A stretch of DNA of 64,000 bases, taken from positions 2,912,001-2,976,000 of the forward strand of contig OY771587.1 in NCBI GenBank assembly GCA_963674825.1, read 5' to 3'. Each line of letters begins with the position of its first letter. Positions within the stretch are counted from its first letter, which is position 1. This DNA is from Candidatus Cloacimonadales bacterium (GTDB taxonomy: Bacteria > Cloacimonadota > Cloacimonadia > Cloacimonadales > JAIOQZ01). A program made the position numbers and the translations under genes. This document shows positions 39,354 through 49,332 of the stretch, piece by piece. The notes under the pieces were generated by a model. That model was not told the DNA's origin, searched no databases, and worked only from the letters and a program-made list of their open reading frames with translations.

Positions 39354-39513
39354 TCGTAGTATCGTGCTTTTCCTGACTATTTCTTTTTTTTGCTTTACAC
39401 CTATATAATAATATGTTCACTAACCTTTGAATGTCGAATGAAAAAAGCTCGATTCACTATTTAACTGGTTATACGAGGGTTGCGGGACTCGTAGAAATCC
39501 TGCGGGAGGTAAT

Positions 39514-40569
39514 ATGATCACCTTTGAAAAAATGGTTGAACTTCTGGGAGATGACGCGAAGGTTCTCCTTGATCACCGTTGCGTAGGCGTACCGAAAGAC
39601 GTGCTTCATCTGCCTTCACCATCCTGGATCGATCAGTGCATGATCCCAACGGACAGGCCAGCTCCTGTTCTGCGCAACATGCAGGCAATGCTTGGGCATG
39701 GAAGGCTCGCCAATTCGGGCTATCTCTCGATATTACCTGTTGACCAGGGTATCGAGCACAGCGCGGGGGCATCATTCGCTCCGAATCCGATCTATTTCGA
39801 TCCGGAAAACATCGTAAAACTGGCTATTGAAGGCGGCTGTAACGCAGTCGCATCGACATTGGGTGTTTTGGGCTCTGTGTGCAGAAAGTACGCTCACAAG
39901 ATCCCCTTCATTCTCAAGCTTAATCATAACGAACTCCTGACCTACCCGAACACTTTCGATCAGATCATGTTCGCTGACATAGACCAGGCGTTCGAGATGG
40001 GCGCGGTTGCCGTTGGCGCGACAATCTACTTCGGCTCGGACGAGAGCACGCGGCAAATCATGGAAGTTGCCGAGGCTTTTCGCTATGCACACAGCCTCGG
40101 GCTGGTTACCATCCTATGGGCTTATCTGCGGAATCCTGCCTTCAAAAAAGATAAGGATTACCATCTTTCCGCCGACCTTACCGGGCAGGCAAATCACCTG
40201 AGCGTCACCATCGAGGCCGACATCGTCAAACAGAAGCAGCCCGAGAATAATGGCGGTTACAATGCGCTCAAGTTCGGGAAAACCCACGAGAAAGTCTATA
40301 CAGAGTTGACCAGTGATAATCCTATTGATCTTACGCGCTACCAGCTATTGAACTGCTACAACGGCAGGTCGGGTCTGATCAATTCAGGCGGAGCATCCGG
40401 CGAGAATGACCTGGCGCAGGCGGTTCGTACAGCTGTGATCAACAAACGTGCCGGCGGTATGGGTCTAATTTCTGGAAGAAAGGCGTTCCAGAAACCGATG
40501 AAGGATGGTGTCGCGATTCTCAACGCTATCCAGGATGTTTATCTCGAAAAGAGGATAACAATCGCATAG
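39514..40569 (+). CDS. fbaB: Class I fructose-bisphosphate aldolase
   Basis: [49 protein letters not shown]. Confidence 0.96.
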   Translation: MITFEKMVELLGDDAKVLLDHRCVGVPKDVLHLPSPSWIDQCMIPTDRPAPVLRNMQAMLGHGRLANSGYLSILPVDQGIEHSAGASFAPNPIYFDPENIVKLAIEGGCNAVASTLGVLGSVCRKYAHKIPFILKLNHNELLTYPNTFDQIMFADIDQAFEMGAVAVGATIYFGSDESTRQIMEVAEAFRYAHSLGLVTILWAYLRNPAFKKDKDYHLSADLTGQANHLSVTIEADIVKQKQPENNGGYNALKFGKTHEKVYTELTSDNPIDLTRYQLLNCYNGRSGLINSGGASGENDLAQAVRTAVINKRAGGMGLISGRKAFQKPMKDGVAILNAIQDVYLEKRITIA

Positions 40570-41322
40570 ATGACCGAGAAAGCAAGAACATCGAAACCCG
40601 ATCTGCGTACGATGCTGATCATCGTGTGTCTGATCACTTCCATGAGCATGATCTATCAGCGCATCGCGGTACAGGTTGGCGCTCTCGTTATGACCATCGT
40701 TCTTCTGGCCATCCACAGCGGAGGTGGCAGTAATCTGATGCGACTGAGGAAGCGTCTATCCCGAATCGGCAGGATTATCGCGATTTTATTCGTTGTGCAG
40801 TTGCTGCTTCGTCGTACCGGTGATCCGATCTGGCAGTGGAGCTTCGTCGTGATAACCGATACAGGGCTGGAGTATGCGCTGGTCGTCTCGCTGAGGTTGA
40901 TCCTGATTATCCTGGTGGCCGGCTTGCTTTTCGATTATCCGTTTACAGATTATCTCCGTGCCTTCAGAGCATGGCGGATTCCGTATGAAATCTCGTTCCT
41001 GATCGCGAACACGATCCATTTCATTCCAGTGTTTCGCAGGCAGGCGATCCAGATGAAAGAAGCGTTGCAGATACGAGGTATTCAGCTTGGAACGATTCCC
41101 TTACGCCGTCGCGGCAAAGCTCTTGCAAGTCTGGCGCTTCCGATCGTAGCCGGGATTCTCAATGACGTTAAATATCGCGCGATATCGCTTGAAATGCGCG
41201 GATTCCGATACCGCGATACCCGAACCGATTTTCTTAAGAGCAAGCTGACTCCCGCAGACCTCTCAATTCAGGTCATCGGATTCATGATATTCGGCGCGCT
41301 CCTTTTTTTGCTGAAAACCTGA
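40570..41322 (+). CDS. ECF transporter transmembrane (T) component, CbiQ/EcfT family
   Basis: TMs; coupling motifs EALQIRG and SLEMRGF. Confidence 0.85.
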   Translation: MTEKARTSKPDLRTMLIIVCLITSMSMIYQRIAVQVGALVMTIVLLAIHSGGGSNLMRLRKRLSRIGRIIAILFVVQLLLRRTGDPIWQWSFVVITDTGLEYALVVSLRLILIILVAGLLFDYPFTDYLRAFRAWRIPYEISFLIANTIHFIPVFRRQAIQMKEALQIRGIQLGTIPLRRRGKALASLALPIVAGILNDVKYRAISLEMRGFRYRDTRTDFLKSKLTPADLSIQVIGFMIFGALLFLLKT

Positions 41323-41414
41323 CACAATAGTTTGACAGAATTACTTGATTGATATAACAATACTTCCAAGTACCATTAGCGCTCAACCATGAGCGAATAG
41401 AGGGGTGTTTCTCG

Positions 41415-43673
41415 ATGATAAATCAAGCGTTGAGAGATGTGCGGGACGAAGCCCGGAGAATCCTGAAGGATACTCCGGAAAAAGCACTTCGGTTAATCGA
41501 GGAGTTTCTGGCTGAACATCCGAATTTGCCAGAGACCGACGAAATGATCGATCTCCGAGCTTATATTGGTGTGGCGAAGCTGAATATCGGTCAGGCGATC
41601 GAGGGCAAGAAGATTCTCGACGCGATCATGCCGCAACTCGAACAGCGCCAGTTGCTGCAAACCTTGATGATCTGTCATAACATGCTCGCATTCTATATGT
41701 GGCGAAACAATGATCTCAAGGGCATGCTTAAGCACAGCTTGAAAGTCGATGAGATTGTCGCCCGGATCGGTGATGAAACCCTCAGCCCGAGTCGTTACCA
41801 AAACCTCGGTTACGCCTACATGGAGTTGGGTGATTTTGCCCGGGCACAGGCTTATTACGAACGCTCGATTATCCTTTGCCGCAAACTGGGTAACTACAAT
41901 TCACTAATCCAGACCTATAACAAGATGGCATCCAACTTCGTGAAGCAGGAACAGTACAAGAAGGGCTTGGAATACTACTTTATCGCCTGGCATCTCTGCA
42001 ATGAGCATAAAGTTGATGTTCTGAAAGGTCGTCTGCTGCTGAATATAGGTACTTGCTACCGCTCATTACTGGACTTTGATAAGGCATTCGAATATTATTC
42101 CCGTAGCCAGGAAGACCTGGAGAAGGCGAATGACAAAGAGATGCTGGCCGTTCTCTATCTCAATCTCGGGATCCTTTATCATAAAACCAATGATCTCGCC
42201 AATTCGCTCAAGTCATACTTCCAGGCGCTGAAGCTGCATACAGAGCTGAATATGCTTTGGCAGCGGGGTACGCTCTACAACAACATCGCCAATATTTACT
42301 TCGCGCTGAACAACAATAAGAAAGCGATGAAGTACTATACAAAAGCACTCGAAGCAACCCATAAAGACGAAAACCCGGAGCTATACGCACTGCTCTCAGT
42401 CAATGTCGGTAGTTGTGAGCGAATCAACGGTAATTACTCCAGCGCTGAAGAGTGTATCAAGCGGGGAATTGAGATTCTGAAAGAACACAAGCTCAAATCC
42501 CATCTGGGCGAAGCATATCGTAATCTCGCTTACAATTCTTCTGAACGGGGTGATTTTGAAGAAGCGTATGGGTATCTGCTTGAATGTGTTCGCTACTATG
42601 AGCGGATTTATGATTTTTCTTCATCGGACGAAATTGAGACCATCAAGAAAAAATACGACATTCTGACTACGCAATACGAAAATTTGCAGGAAAAATACGA
42701 GATGCTGAATCAGGATCTCGAGAAACAGGTCGGGCATCAGCTTATCGGCAAGAGCAAGCAGATGCGCGATGTGCATAATCTGGCGATGAAAGCCGCCATG
42801 CATCCGAATGTGAACGTACTCATCTACGGAGAAAGCGGTGTGGGTAAAGAGATCATCGCTCGAATTATCCATCATGCCAGCATCCGCAAGAATGCTTACT
42901 TCAGTGCCATCAACAGTAGCGCTATCAGCGATTCGCTATTCGAAAGCGAGTTTTTCGGGCATGTTAAGGGCGCTTTCACGAATGCCGATTACACTCGTAA
43001 GGGGTATATCCAGCAGGCTCATGAAGGAACCCTTTTCCTCGATGAAATTACCGAGATGCCACTCGATTTCCAGGCAAAACTACTACGCGCGATCGAAGAG
43101 AAGAAGATCATTCCCGTTGGCGACAGCAAACCGATCGAGGTCGATTTCCGCGTGATTGCCTCGACCAATCGCGATGTCCATAATATGGTGCGCGAAGACC
43201 ATTTTCGCTATGACCTTCTTCATCGCCTTAACACGATAGAAATCTATATCCCACCGCTAAGGGAGCGAAATGAAGACATCATCGTCCTCATGTGGTACTT
43301 CATTGAGCTTATCGGCAAGCGACTCAATCGCGAACCCGTGAACATCACCGAGGGTTTCATCGATCGTTTCCGTTCCTACTCGTTTCCGGGCAATGTTCGT
43401 GAACTGAGGAACCTCATCGAACGGGCTATCATTCTGGCTGACGATCGGGTCCTTAACGAATCCATCGCCGGGATGATTCTCTCATCAAGAGATGAACCGG
43501 TGAGGGTACCGCAGGTCAATACGGTTCAGACTCTGAACCTCGATGAGAACGAGAAACAGCTTGTAATGATGGCTTTGAAACGATCCAACTGGAATCAGAA
43601 AAACGCTGCCGATCTGCTGGGCATCTCTCAGAATGCGATCTACCGCAAGATGAAGAAGTATAATCTGAAATAG
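41415..43673 (+). CDS. TPR-repeat sigma54-dependent transcriptional activator (bEBP)
   Basis: About 400-aa TPR array (NLGYAY, NIGTCY, NLGILY, NNIANIY), GESGVGKE, ESEFFGHVKGAFTNA, GTLFLDEI, FPGNVRELRN, Fis-type HTH AADLLGIS. Confidence 0.93.
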   Translation: MINQALRDVRDEARRILKDTPEKALRLIEEFLAEHPNLPETDEMIDLRAYIGVAKLNIGQAIEGKKILDAIMPQLEQRQLLQTLMICHNMLAFYMWRNNDLKGMLKHSLKVDEIVARIGDETLSPSRYQNLGYAYMELGDFARAQAYYERSIILCRKLGNYNSLIQTYNKMASNFVKQEQYKKGLEYYFIAWHLCNEHKVDVLKGRLLLNIGTCYRSLLDFDKAFEYYSRSQEDLEKANDKEMLAVLYLNLGILYHKTNDLANSLKSYFQALKLHTELNMLWQRGTLYNNIANIYFALNNNKKAMKYYTKALEATHKDENPELYALLSVNVGSCERINGNYSSAEECIKRGIEILKEHKLKSHLGEAYRNLAYNSSERGDFEEAYGYLLECVRYYERIYDFSSSDEIETIKKKYDILTTQYENLQEKYEMLNQDLEKQVGHQLIGKSKQMRDVHNLAMKAAMHPNVNVLIYGESGVGKEIIARIIHHASIRKNAYFSAINSSAISDSLFESEFFGHVKGAFTNADYTRKGYIQQAHEGTLFLDEITEMPLDFQAKLLRAIEEKKIIPVGDSKPIEVDFRVIASTNRDVHNMVREDHFRYDLLHRLNTIEIYIPPLRERNEDIIVLMWYFIELIGKRLNREPVNITEGFIDRFRSYSFPGNVRELRNLIERAIILADDRVLNESIAGMILSSRDEPVRVPQVNTVQTLNLDENEKQLVMMALKRSNWNQKNAADLLGISQNAIYRKMKKYNLK

Positions 43674-43713
43674 CAGCTGAACATGATAAGAAGAAACAAA
43701 TCAAACCCATTAA

Positions 43714-43863
43714 ATCACGTTTTCGCCATATCCATGATCACATAATCGTGATTATCACGTTAACGGGATTCAGTATTTTTCTCGCCTCTTTTTTATAACT
43801 TATGGAATAACAACGCATTGCATCAATATACATCCTGAAAACACATTTGGCACATTCATGCTT
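43714..43863 (+). promoter_or_regulatory. Putative UAS boxes + IHF-like site + sigma54-like element
   Basis: ATCAC boxes at 43714, 43737 (ATCACATAATCGTGAT) and 43754; TAACAACGCATTG 43808-43820 (1 mismatch to WATCAANNNNTTR); TTGGCACATTCATGCTT 43847-43863, which is GG-N9-GC, one base short of consensus. Confidence 0.5.
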
Positions 43864-43887
43864 ATTAAGAACAACGGAGGCTGTGTT

Positions 43888-44091
43888 ATGGTAGATGCAG
43901 TAGAAATCGGACATATTCAGATCACGCAGTATAAGCCAGATCAGAAAAAAGGTTCAATTGGATTCACGGTTACGACCTCGAATTCCAAAATCAAGAATAT
44001 CATCTACTACTACGACCAGTCCAATTTCCAGACTACGCTCGATAAAGTCAAGGCACTGCGAGAAGACTATATCGAACGGGTCCCCAAATAA
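43888..44091 (+). CDS. Small hypothetical protein (67 aa)
   Basis: ATG 43888 with GGAGG 7 nt upstream; followed by its own terminator. Confidence 0.75.
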   Translation: MVDAVEIGHIQITQYKPDQKKGSIGFTVTTSNSKIKNIIYYYDQSNFQTTLDKVKALREDYIERVPK

Positions 44092-44112
44092 GCCCGGCAA
44101 CTGCACCACATA

Positions 44113-44154
44113 AAATGCGTCCCTTCTAATCCCAGGAGGGGCGTATTTCTTTTT
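44113..44154 (+). terminator. Rho-independent terminator
   Basis: AAATGCGTCCCTTCT...AGGAGGGGCGTATTT followed by CTTTTT. Confidence 0.7.
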
Positions 44155-44329
44155 GAGTTACAATTTACGAATTACGAGATGCAAGCACACATGCGATGGC
44201 AAATGCTCTCTGCGGGTACGCAGACGACTTGTCTTTAGTTCCTTTGGCGCGCTAAGCAACAGTTTGTTTTCTTATCTTCCAGTGTCATGCAACGTGCGAC
44301 GCAGGAGCTTTCAACCTGCTATAGACTTG

Positions 44330-45217
44330 CTACTTGATCATCGACTGCCAGTACGTGCGATGATTCTGGATACCTCTACGGGCAGCGGAAAGCTCGCCCA
44401 TCAAGTCTTCAAAATGCTCATCGTTTGGGAGTGGATCCTTTATATAGCGTGTCTGACGCAGGATCTCGCGCGAGTAGTATTCCACCACCTGACACACACG
44501 GCTGAAATTCGTATAGGTGTCGTTTGGTGTAAGGTTGATCAGGTTGATGCCGTCGTTGACCTTCTGGATGTAGTCGTCGATATCCTGTTTCTTCAGCTCC
44601 AGCGATGCTTCGTTTGCCAGCAAACTGAATGCTGGATAATAGCCGAAATCCTCGGTGAACCAATGGATTACTTTGTAGTAGCCGGAATAGCCCACGATGT
44701 CTGGAGTACTTCGCGTAAATGCGTCGATCTCACCATCGTTGAAAGCGTTGAAGAGCTTCTTCTTCGATTCGTATAGTATAAGATTCCAGCCGTAGTTGCC
44801 CTTTTCATTGAGCGCTTGAGTAATATCAGCGAGTTGGCTCGAGATGAGAACGCCGATCTTTGCTCCGTGAAGCTGTTCGAGCGAATCGATTTTGCTGGAT
44901 GTCACGATTCCGCCACCACCACGTTGAAGCGGCTGGATGATGCCTATTGTTTTTGTGTCGTCGAGCATCGCCCAGGATGCCGGCAATGCCGCCAGATCGA
45001 CAGATCCTTTTTTCAGCGCTTCAAAGAGCTTTTCTTCGCTGGAATATTTGCGGAACTGAATCTTATCCCTGGGATAGAAATCAGCTTCCACGGCAAAGTG
45101 GAGTGGGAATGCGGCGATCTGGTCACGGACTTCACCAACGTAGATGATATCCGGCTTGTTCATGCATCCTGCCAGGATCAGCAGGGATAAGAAGGTCAGA
45201 GCGATCAATTTCTTCAT
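44330..45217 (-). CDS. NMT1/SsuA-like ABC substrate-binding lipoprotein
   Basis: MKKLIALTFLSLLILAGC lipobox (start moved to 45217); ALKKGSVDLA, LEQLHGAKIGV, GEIDAF. Confidence 0.8.
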   Translation of the reverse strand: MKKLIALTFLSLLILAGCMNKPDIIYVGEVRDQIAAFPLHFAVEADFYPRDKIQFRKYSSEEKLFEALKKGSVDLAALPASWAMLDDTKTIGIIQPLQRGGGGIVTSSKIDSLEQLHGAKIGVLISSQLADITQALNEKGNYGWNLILYESKKKLFNAFNDGEIDAFTRSTPDIVGYSGYYKVIHWFTEDFGYYPAFSLLANEASLELKKQDIDDYIQKVNDGINLINLTPNDTYTNFSRVCQVVEYYSREILRQTRYIKDPLPNDEHFEDLMGELSAARRGIQNHRTYWQSMIK

Positions 45218-45270
45218 GTGATATCCGATCTCAATTTTTTGATATAAAACCATTTGCTGGTTAGTATCTA

Positions 45271-48200
45271 TCATTGGTACACGATCATCTTGCCGGTCTT
45301 TTCTTTCGATTTTCCGGAGACGGGTTCGGTAACCTTGATTTTATAGATATAGGTGTTATTGGCGATCTTGTCGCCATCGGCATCGCGTACGTTCCAGCGG
45401 ATTTGGTTGTACCCTCTTCTGCATCCCATCCGTTCAATGGTCTGGATTTTCCTTCCTGTGATGGTATAGACGCTGATCTTCACATTGTAGTTGGTGGAGG
45501 AATCGGCGTTTTGAGAGATAACGAACGTGAAGTAGAAGTCTTCTTTGCCCTCGTAAGGATTGGGGTAGGGCAGGATGTCGGTCAGGCCGATATCGGTACC
45601 GGTATCGGAGTCGGTAGAGACCTTGAAATCGATATGCTGCACGGAAGGTTCGTTGGCATTATCGAACGCGATCAGCTCCAGTGTGTGGTCACCCTTGGGG
45701 ATTCCCGATAGCTGCCAGCTGAGTTCGCCAGTGGTATGGGAATCGAGATTGTAGGAGAATCCTTCAGTGACATCGGTAAAGGTGGTTTCCTCATCGATGC
45801 GCGTCAGGATCTTGTGTCCAGGCTTGCCGAGGATATTGACGCCGGTGCTGTCCGAGATGTCAGCGATTAGAATGGGATCTGAGGTCACGGTGTCCTCTTC
45901 CTCGAAATCTTTGGAGTCGAGCCACATCTCGATGCTCGGAGCGTCGTCGTTTTCGATATATACCGCCTGTGTACTCAGGCTGATGGGGTAGAGGAACGAG
46001 ATGCGTGAGTCGTCGCCGTTTTCCGTCATGGCGATCATGCGTCCGGTAGTACCGCCTGCGATATCGTAGGGGACAATGAAGGTTGCATCGTAATTGCCGT
46101 TTTCGACAGACGCTTCTCCACGGAAAAGCGGACTGGAGAGCTCAGTCCAGGTAGCAACGGCAGTATCGGTCGCGTAGTACTTGTATTCGGTTTCGGCATC
46201 GTACACGCGCAGCATGGTGGTGCTGCCATCATAGATATCGCTTCCCACGAAGTTGTAATCACCTTCAACGTTGATTGTCTGAAGCGCAAAGAGGCTGTCC
46301 GGTCTGTCTTCGATGACCATGTTCTCCTCGCGCGCTGGAGGAACCAGCATCATGACCGGATCGCCCATGAGTACGTAGCGCTCGCTATTACCGGTGCTGC
46401 CACTGGATTGGTTGTGATAGATATTCTTTGCATTCATGAGCGCAAGCCCTAGAGGTTCTCGATTGTTGCACATTTGTTCGAGAAGGATACCCATCAGGCC
46501 GGTGTTGTTTCCACCGGTCGTTTCGCAGGTCGCAGCCAGCGATGCGATAGCGCCTCCGTTTTCAGCGAAAAGCACCTCTTCTGCCAGGCAGTTTGTTTCG
46601 TAGGTGTCGAATTTACCGACCGAGCACGAGGCCGCGATGAACAACGGAAGTTTATCCGCGTTGTCGAGGAGTGGTAGATCGCTGATAGAGAAATATTTCT
46701 CGTCTCCCAGAACATGGGTTGCGCCATGGCCGGTATAGTAAAAGACCAGAACGCCTTCGTTGAGCTTTTCAACGACATAATCGCGAACATCAGGTTTGGC
46801 GTTGAAGGCGTCGAGTTCGTACTCAATCGCCATGACTTTCTCAACGTAGATGGCCGGAGAGACCTGCTCGGAGTTGGTCTGGGCGTTGTTGGTGTGTTCC
46901 ACCTGATTGATGCTGCCCGAATTGTACTGGTCGTCCGCCACGATCATCACGGTGTTTTTCCAGAAACCGGCAGTTGGGTTTTCGAGATAGGCGCGTACAC
47001 GCCCGATCATCAGTTCGAGATCGTCCACAGTCTGTGCAGGATATCGTCCGATAGCCATTTCCGGGTAATCGTCATCGGTGAAATAGACGAAAAAGTCGTC
47101 GCTGGTGGTTGAACTGATCTGATAGGCAATCAGCCTGTTCTTGGGGATGCTGGAATCAGAGAAGTTACGCCAGTCGTAAACGCCAGCCCCAAGCAGGACA
47201 ACATAGGTCAGGGCATCGGGATCGTTCTGGCAGGCGTTCTCGAGGAACATCTTGATACCTGCCGGATCCGGCATACCGCCGGAGAACTGATTGAATACGT
47301 CTTGCAGCTTGGCGATCTGTGTATTGTAGCCGTAAAATTCCTGATAGATATTCTTGAGCTCTACCGCACCATCCAGGAAAACGTCTGGTGTGATGATCAC
47401 CACTTGGCGACTTGGTGTGTTCGTAAGATCGACGGGATTGTAGAGCTCAACGGTATCGGCGGAATAGTAGTCATCGGAAGATGTAACGTAAATTCGCGTA
47501 CTGGAATTACCGTTTCCGATGAAGGAAAATCCACCTGAAACACTGCTGATGGGCCGAAGCTTGACGTCGTCGAAGTCATCCACTTCGAATGCTTTCAGGT
47601 TGCTGTTATAGTCGCTGCTGAAAGTATATTCGATATTGTCGCCGATGTCGGTGTCCGCGATATCGATGCGGAACTGCCCGGAGCGCTTGATGAGTTTCTT
47701 GAAGTATTCGAGTTCGTAATAATCGAGCAGGATATTTGTCGATGAAGTGCGTGTCAGCCGCACTGTAAGCGCGTTGGAACCATTCTGAGCGAAACTGCCT
47801 GACCCGTAAAATGTGCGATAATAGGGGCCGTTCCAGCTGTTGTTCAGCACCGTAGTGCCATTGAGGAGAATCGTAATCTGATGTCGGTTATCATTAACAC
47901 CGGCAACAGAGAGTTCGCGTACAGCGATACGGAAGGTTTGATCTTCGGTGGGGTCGATATCGCTGATGTCGAAGGAGTAGTTATAATCCGTAACTGCCGA
48001 GCCCTGATAGCCGAGCTGCTTCGAATACCAGTCGAAGCCGTCGTCTTCGCGCCGGATTGATTCTTCTTCATAGTGCATTGTGGTGAAGGCGTTACTTCGG
48101 GAATCGGTAGAGCCATCCAGCGATGTACTGGTGATGCGCGCCGGATTGGTGTCGCCTTCGCCAAATGTAAGCCAGTAAACACCGGCTTGAGAATAGGGGT

Positions 48201-49173
48201 TGTAATAGTGGTTGGGCTCGATCTTCACATTGATTTCGTAGTCGTCGCGATCGCTTCCATAGAAGAGAATGTAGTCGCTCGAATCGAATGAATGGTCCGA
48301 TTCGCCCTCGACAAAGATCGGGATTTCTGCGAACTTGAGGCCGTCGAAATTGTATCCGGGATCCATCACCTCGCCGCCTGTTCCGAACAACCGCAGTTCA
48401 GTGGGATCGATCATGCCGATGTCATACAGGTTATTGATTGTGCTGGCCGGGATCTTGAAGATACCGTCTTTCTTCACTTCGATCCTGAGCCAAATGGGAT
48501 ACGCTGCGAAATCCGCGTATTCGATTTCATCGCGATCACTTGTCTTCCAGCCCGCAGCCTGGGATGGATTGAGGACGACCGATTGCAGCGCTGGAGAAGG
48601 TTTACTTAGTCGGGAAGATTTCGACCGGTTGCCTTCGTAGGTGAAACGTACTCGAATAGATTGCTGAATGGAGAGTGTTTTGTTATCGTGATTGTAGGAG
48701 AATGGGTTTACGCGTACGGTAACTGTCTGGATGCCTCGGAAATGCCCATTATGGACGATCTCGACCATCGGATGAGCTTCTTCTTCATAAGCTTCGGTAT
48801 CGATCTCGTACGATTGCCTGCTGACCTCGTTCGCGTCTTCCTGATAGATCTTGGGGATCGGGATCAGGGGTGCGTCGAGATGCTGCACAATTGCTTTTCG
48901 TGCGTCGGTGGAGAATCGAATAGAGCCTCCCGGCGGAACCGCGATTCGACGCGTGAAATAGGGAAGATCCGGCTGACCGGCGTCTCCCGGATGCACCATC
49001 GATTGCGTCTGGATGCGCGTGAAATCGCCTTCGCGACTAACATCGTAGTTGTCGAGTGTGAAATCGACAACGAGTTCATTATCGGTCTCGGAAACAACCG
49101 TGACCCCGGCGAAAAGCCCGGTAGTAAGCAATAATAGTATCCATACGAGGAACATCTGTTGGCTGCGTTTCAT
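45271..49173 (-). CDS. porU: T9SS sortase PorU-like C25 (gingipain-family) peptidase
   Basis: Propeptide-like N-terminus, NPYS..GVYWLT, IGRYPA, YTGHG (His), AASCSVG (Cys), VLMGDP, AFDNAN, YPNPY CTD. Confidence 0.88.
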   Translation of the reverse strand: MKRSQQMFLVWILLLLTTGLFAGVTVVSETDNELVVDFTLDNYDVSREGDFTRIQTQSMVHPGDAGQPDLPYFTRRIAVPPGGSIRFSTDARKAIVQHLDAPLIPIPKIYQEDANEVSRQSYEIDTEAYEEEAHPMVEIVHNGHFRGIQTVTVRVNPFSYNHDNKTLSIQQSIRVRFTYEGNRSKSSRLSKPSPALQSVVLNPSQAAGWKTSDRDEIEYADFAAYPIWLRIEVKKDGIFKIPASTINNLYDIGMIDPTELRLFGTGGEVMDPGYNFDGLKFAEIPIFVEGESDHSFDSSDYILFYGSDRDDYEINVKIEPNHYYNPYSQAGVYWLTFGEGDTNPARITSTSLDGSTDSRSNAFTTMHYEEESIRREDDGFDWYSKQLGYQGSAVTDYNYSFDISDIDPTEDQTFRIAVRELSVAGVNDNRHQITILLNGTTVLNNSWNGPYYRTFYGSGSFAQNGSNALTVRLTRTSSTNILLDYYELEYFKKLIKRSGQFRIDIADTDIGDNIEYTFSSDYNSNLKAFEVDDFDDVKLRPISSVSGGFSFIGNGNSSTRIYVTSSDDYYSADTVELYNPVDLTNTPSRQVVIITPDVFLDGAVELKNIYQEFYGYNTQIAKLQDVFNQFSGGMPDPAGIKMFLENACQNDPDALTYVVLLGAGVYDWRNFSDSSIPKNRLIAYQISSTTSDDFFVYFTDDDYPEMAIGRYPAQTVDDLELMIGRVRAYLENPTAGFWKNTVMIVADDQYNSGSINQVEHTNNAQTNSEQVSPAIYVEKVMAIEYELDAFNAKPDVRDYVVEKLNEGVLVFYYTGHGATHVLGDEKYFSISDLPLLDNADKLPLFIAASCSVGKFDTYETNCLAEEVLFAENGGAIASLAATCETTGGNNTGLMGILLEQMCNNREPLGLALMNAKNIYHNQSSGSTGNSERYVLMGDPVMMLVPPAREENMVIEDRPDSLFALQTINVEGDYNFVGSDIYDGSTTMLRVYDAETEYKYYATDTAVATWTELSSPLFRGEASVENGNYDATFIVPYDIAGGTTGRMIAMTENGDDSRISFLYPISLSTQAVYIENDDAPSIEMWLDSKDFEEEDTVTSDPILIADISDSTGVNILGKPGHKILTRIDEETTFTDVTEGFSYNLDSHTTGELSWQLSGIPKGDHTLELIAFDNANEPSVQHIDFKVSTDSDTGTDIGLTDILPYPNPYEGKEDFYFTFVISQNADSSTNYNVKISVYTITGRKIQTIERMGCRRGYNQIRWNVRDADGDKIANNTYIYKIKVTEPVSGKSKEKTGKMIVYQ

Positions 49174-49332
49174 CTTTTACATCTCCCATTCATCAAGAAG
49201 GCCGGTTTTTCTTACGTAACGTCGAACCTGCCCTTGTGTTACGAAATACAACGTTATCCAGATGATGTCAATTGTGTCAAGTGCGGATGAGCAGAAAAGG
49301 GATTTTGAGGTGTGTCTTCTATTACCCGACCT

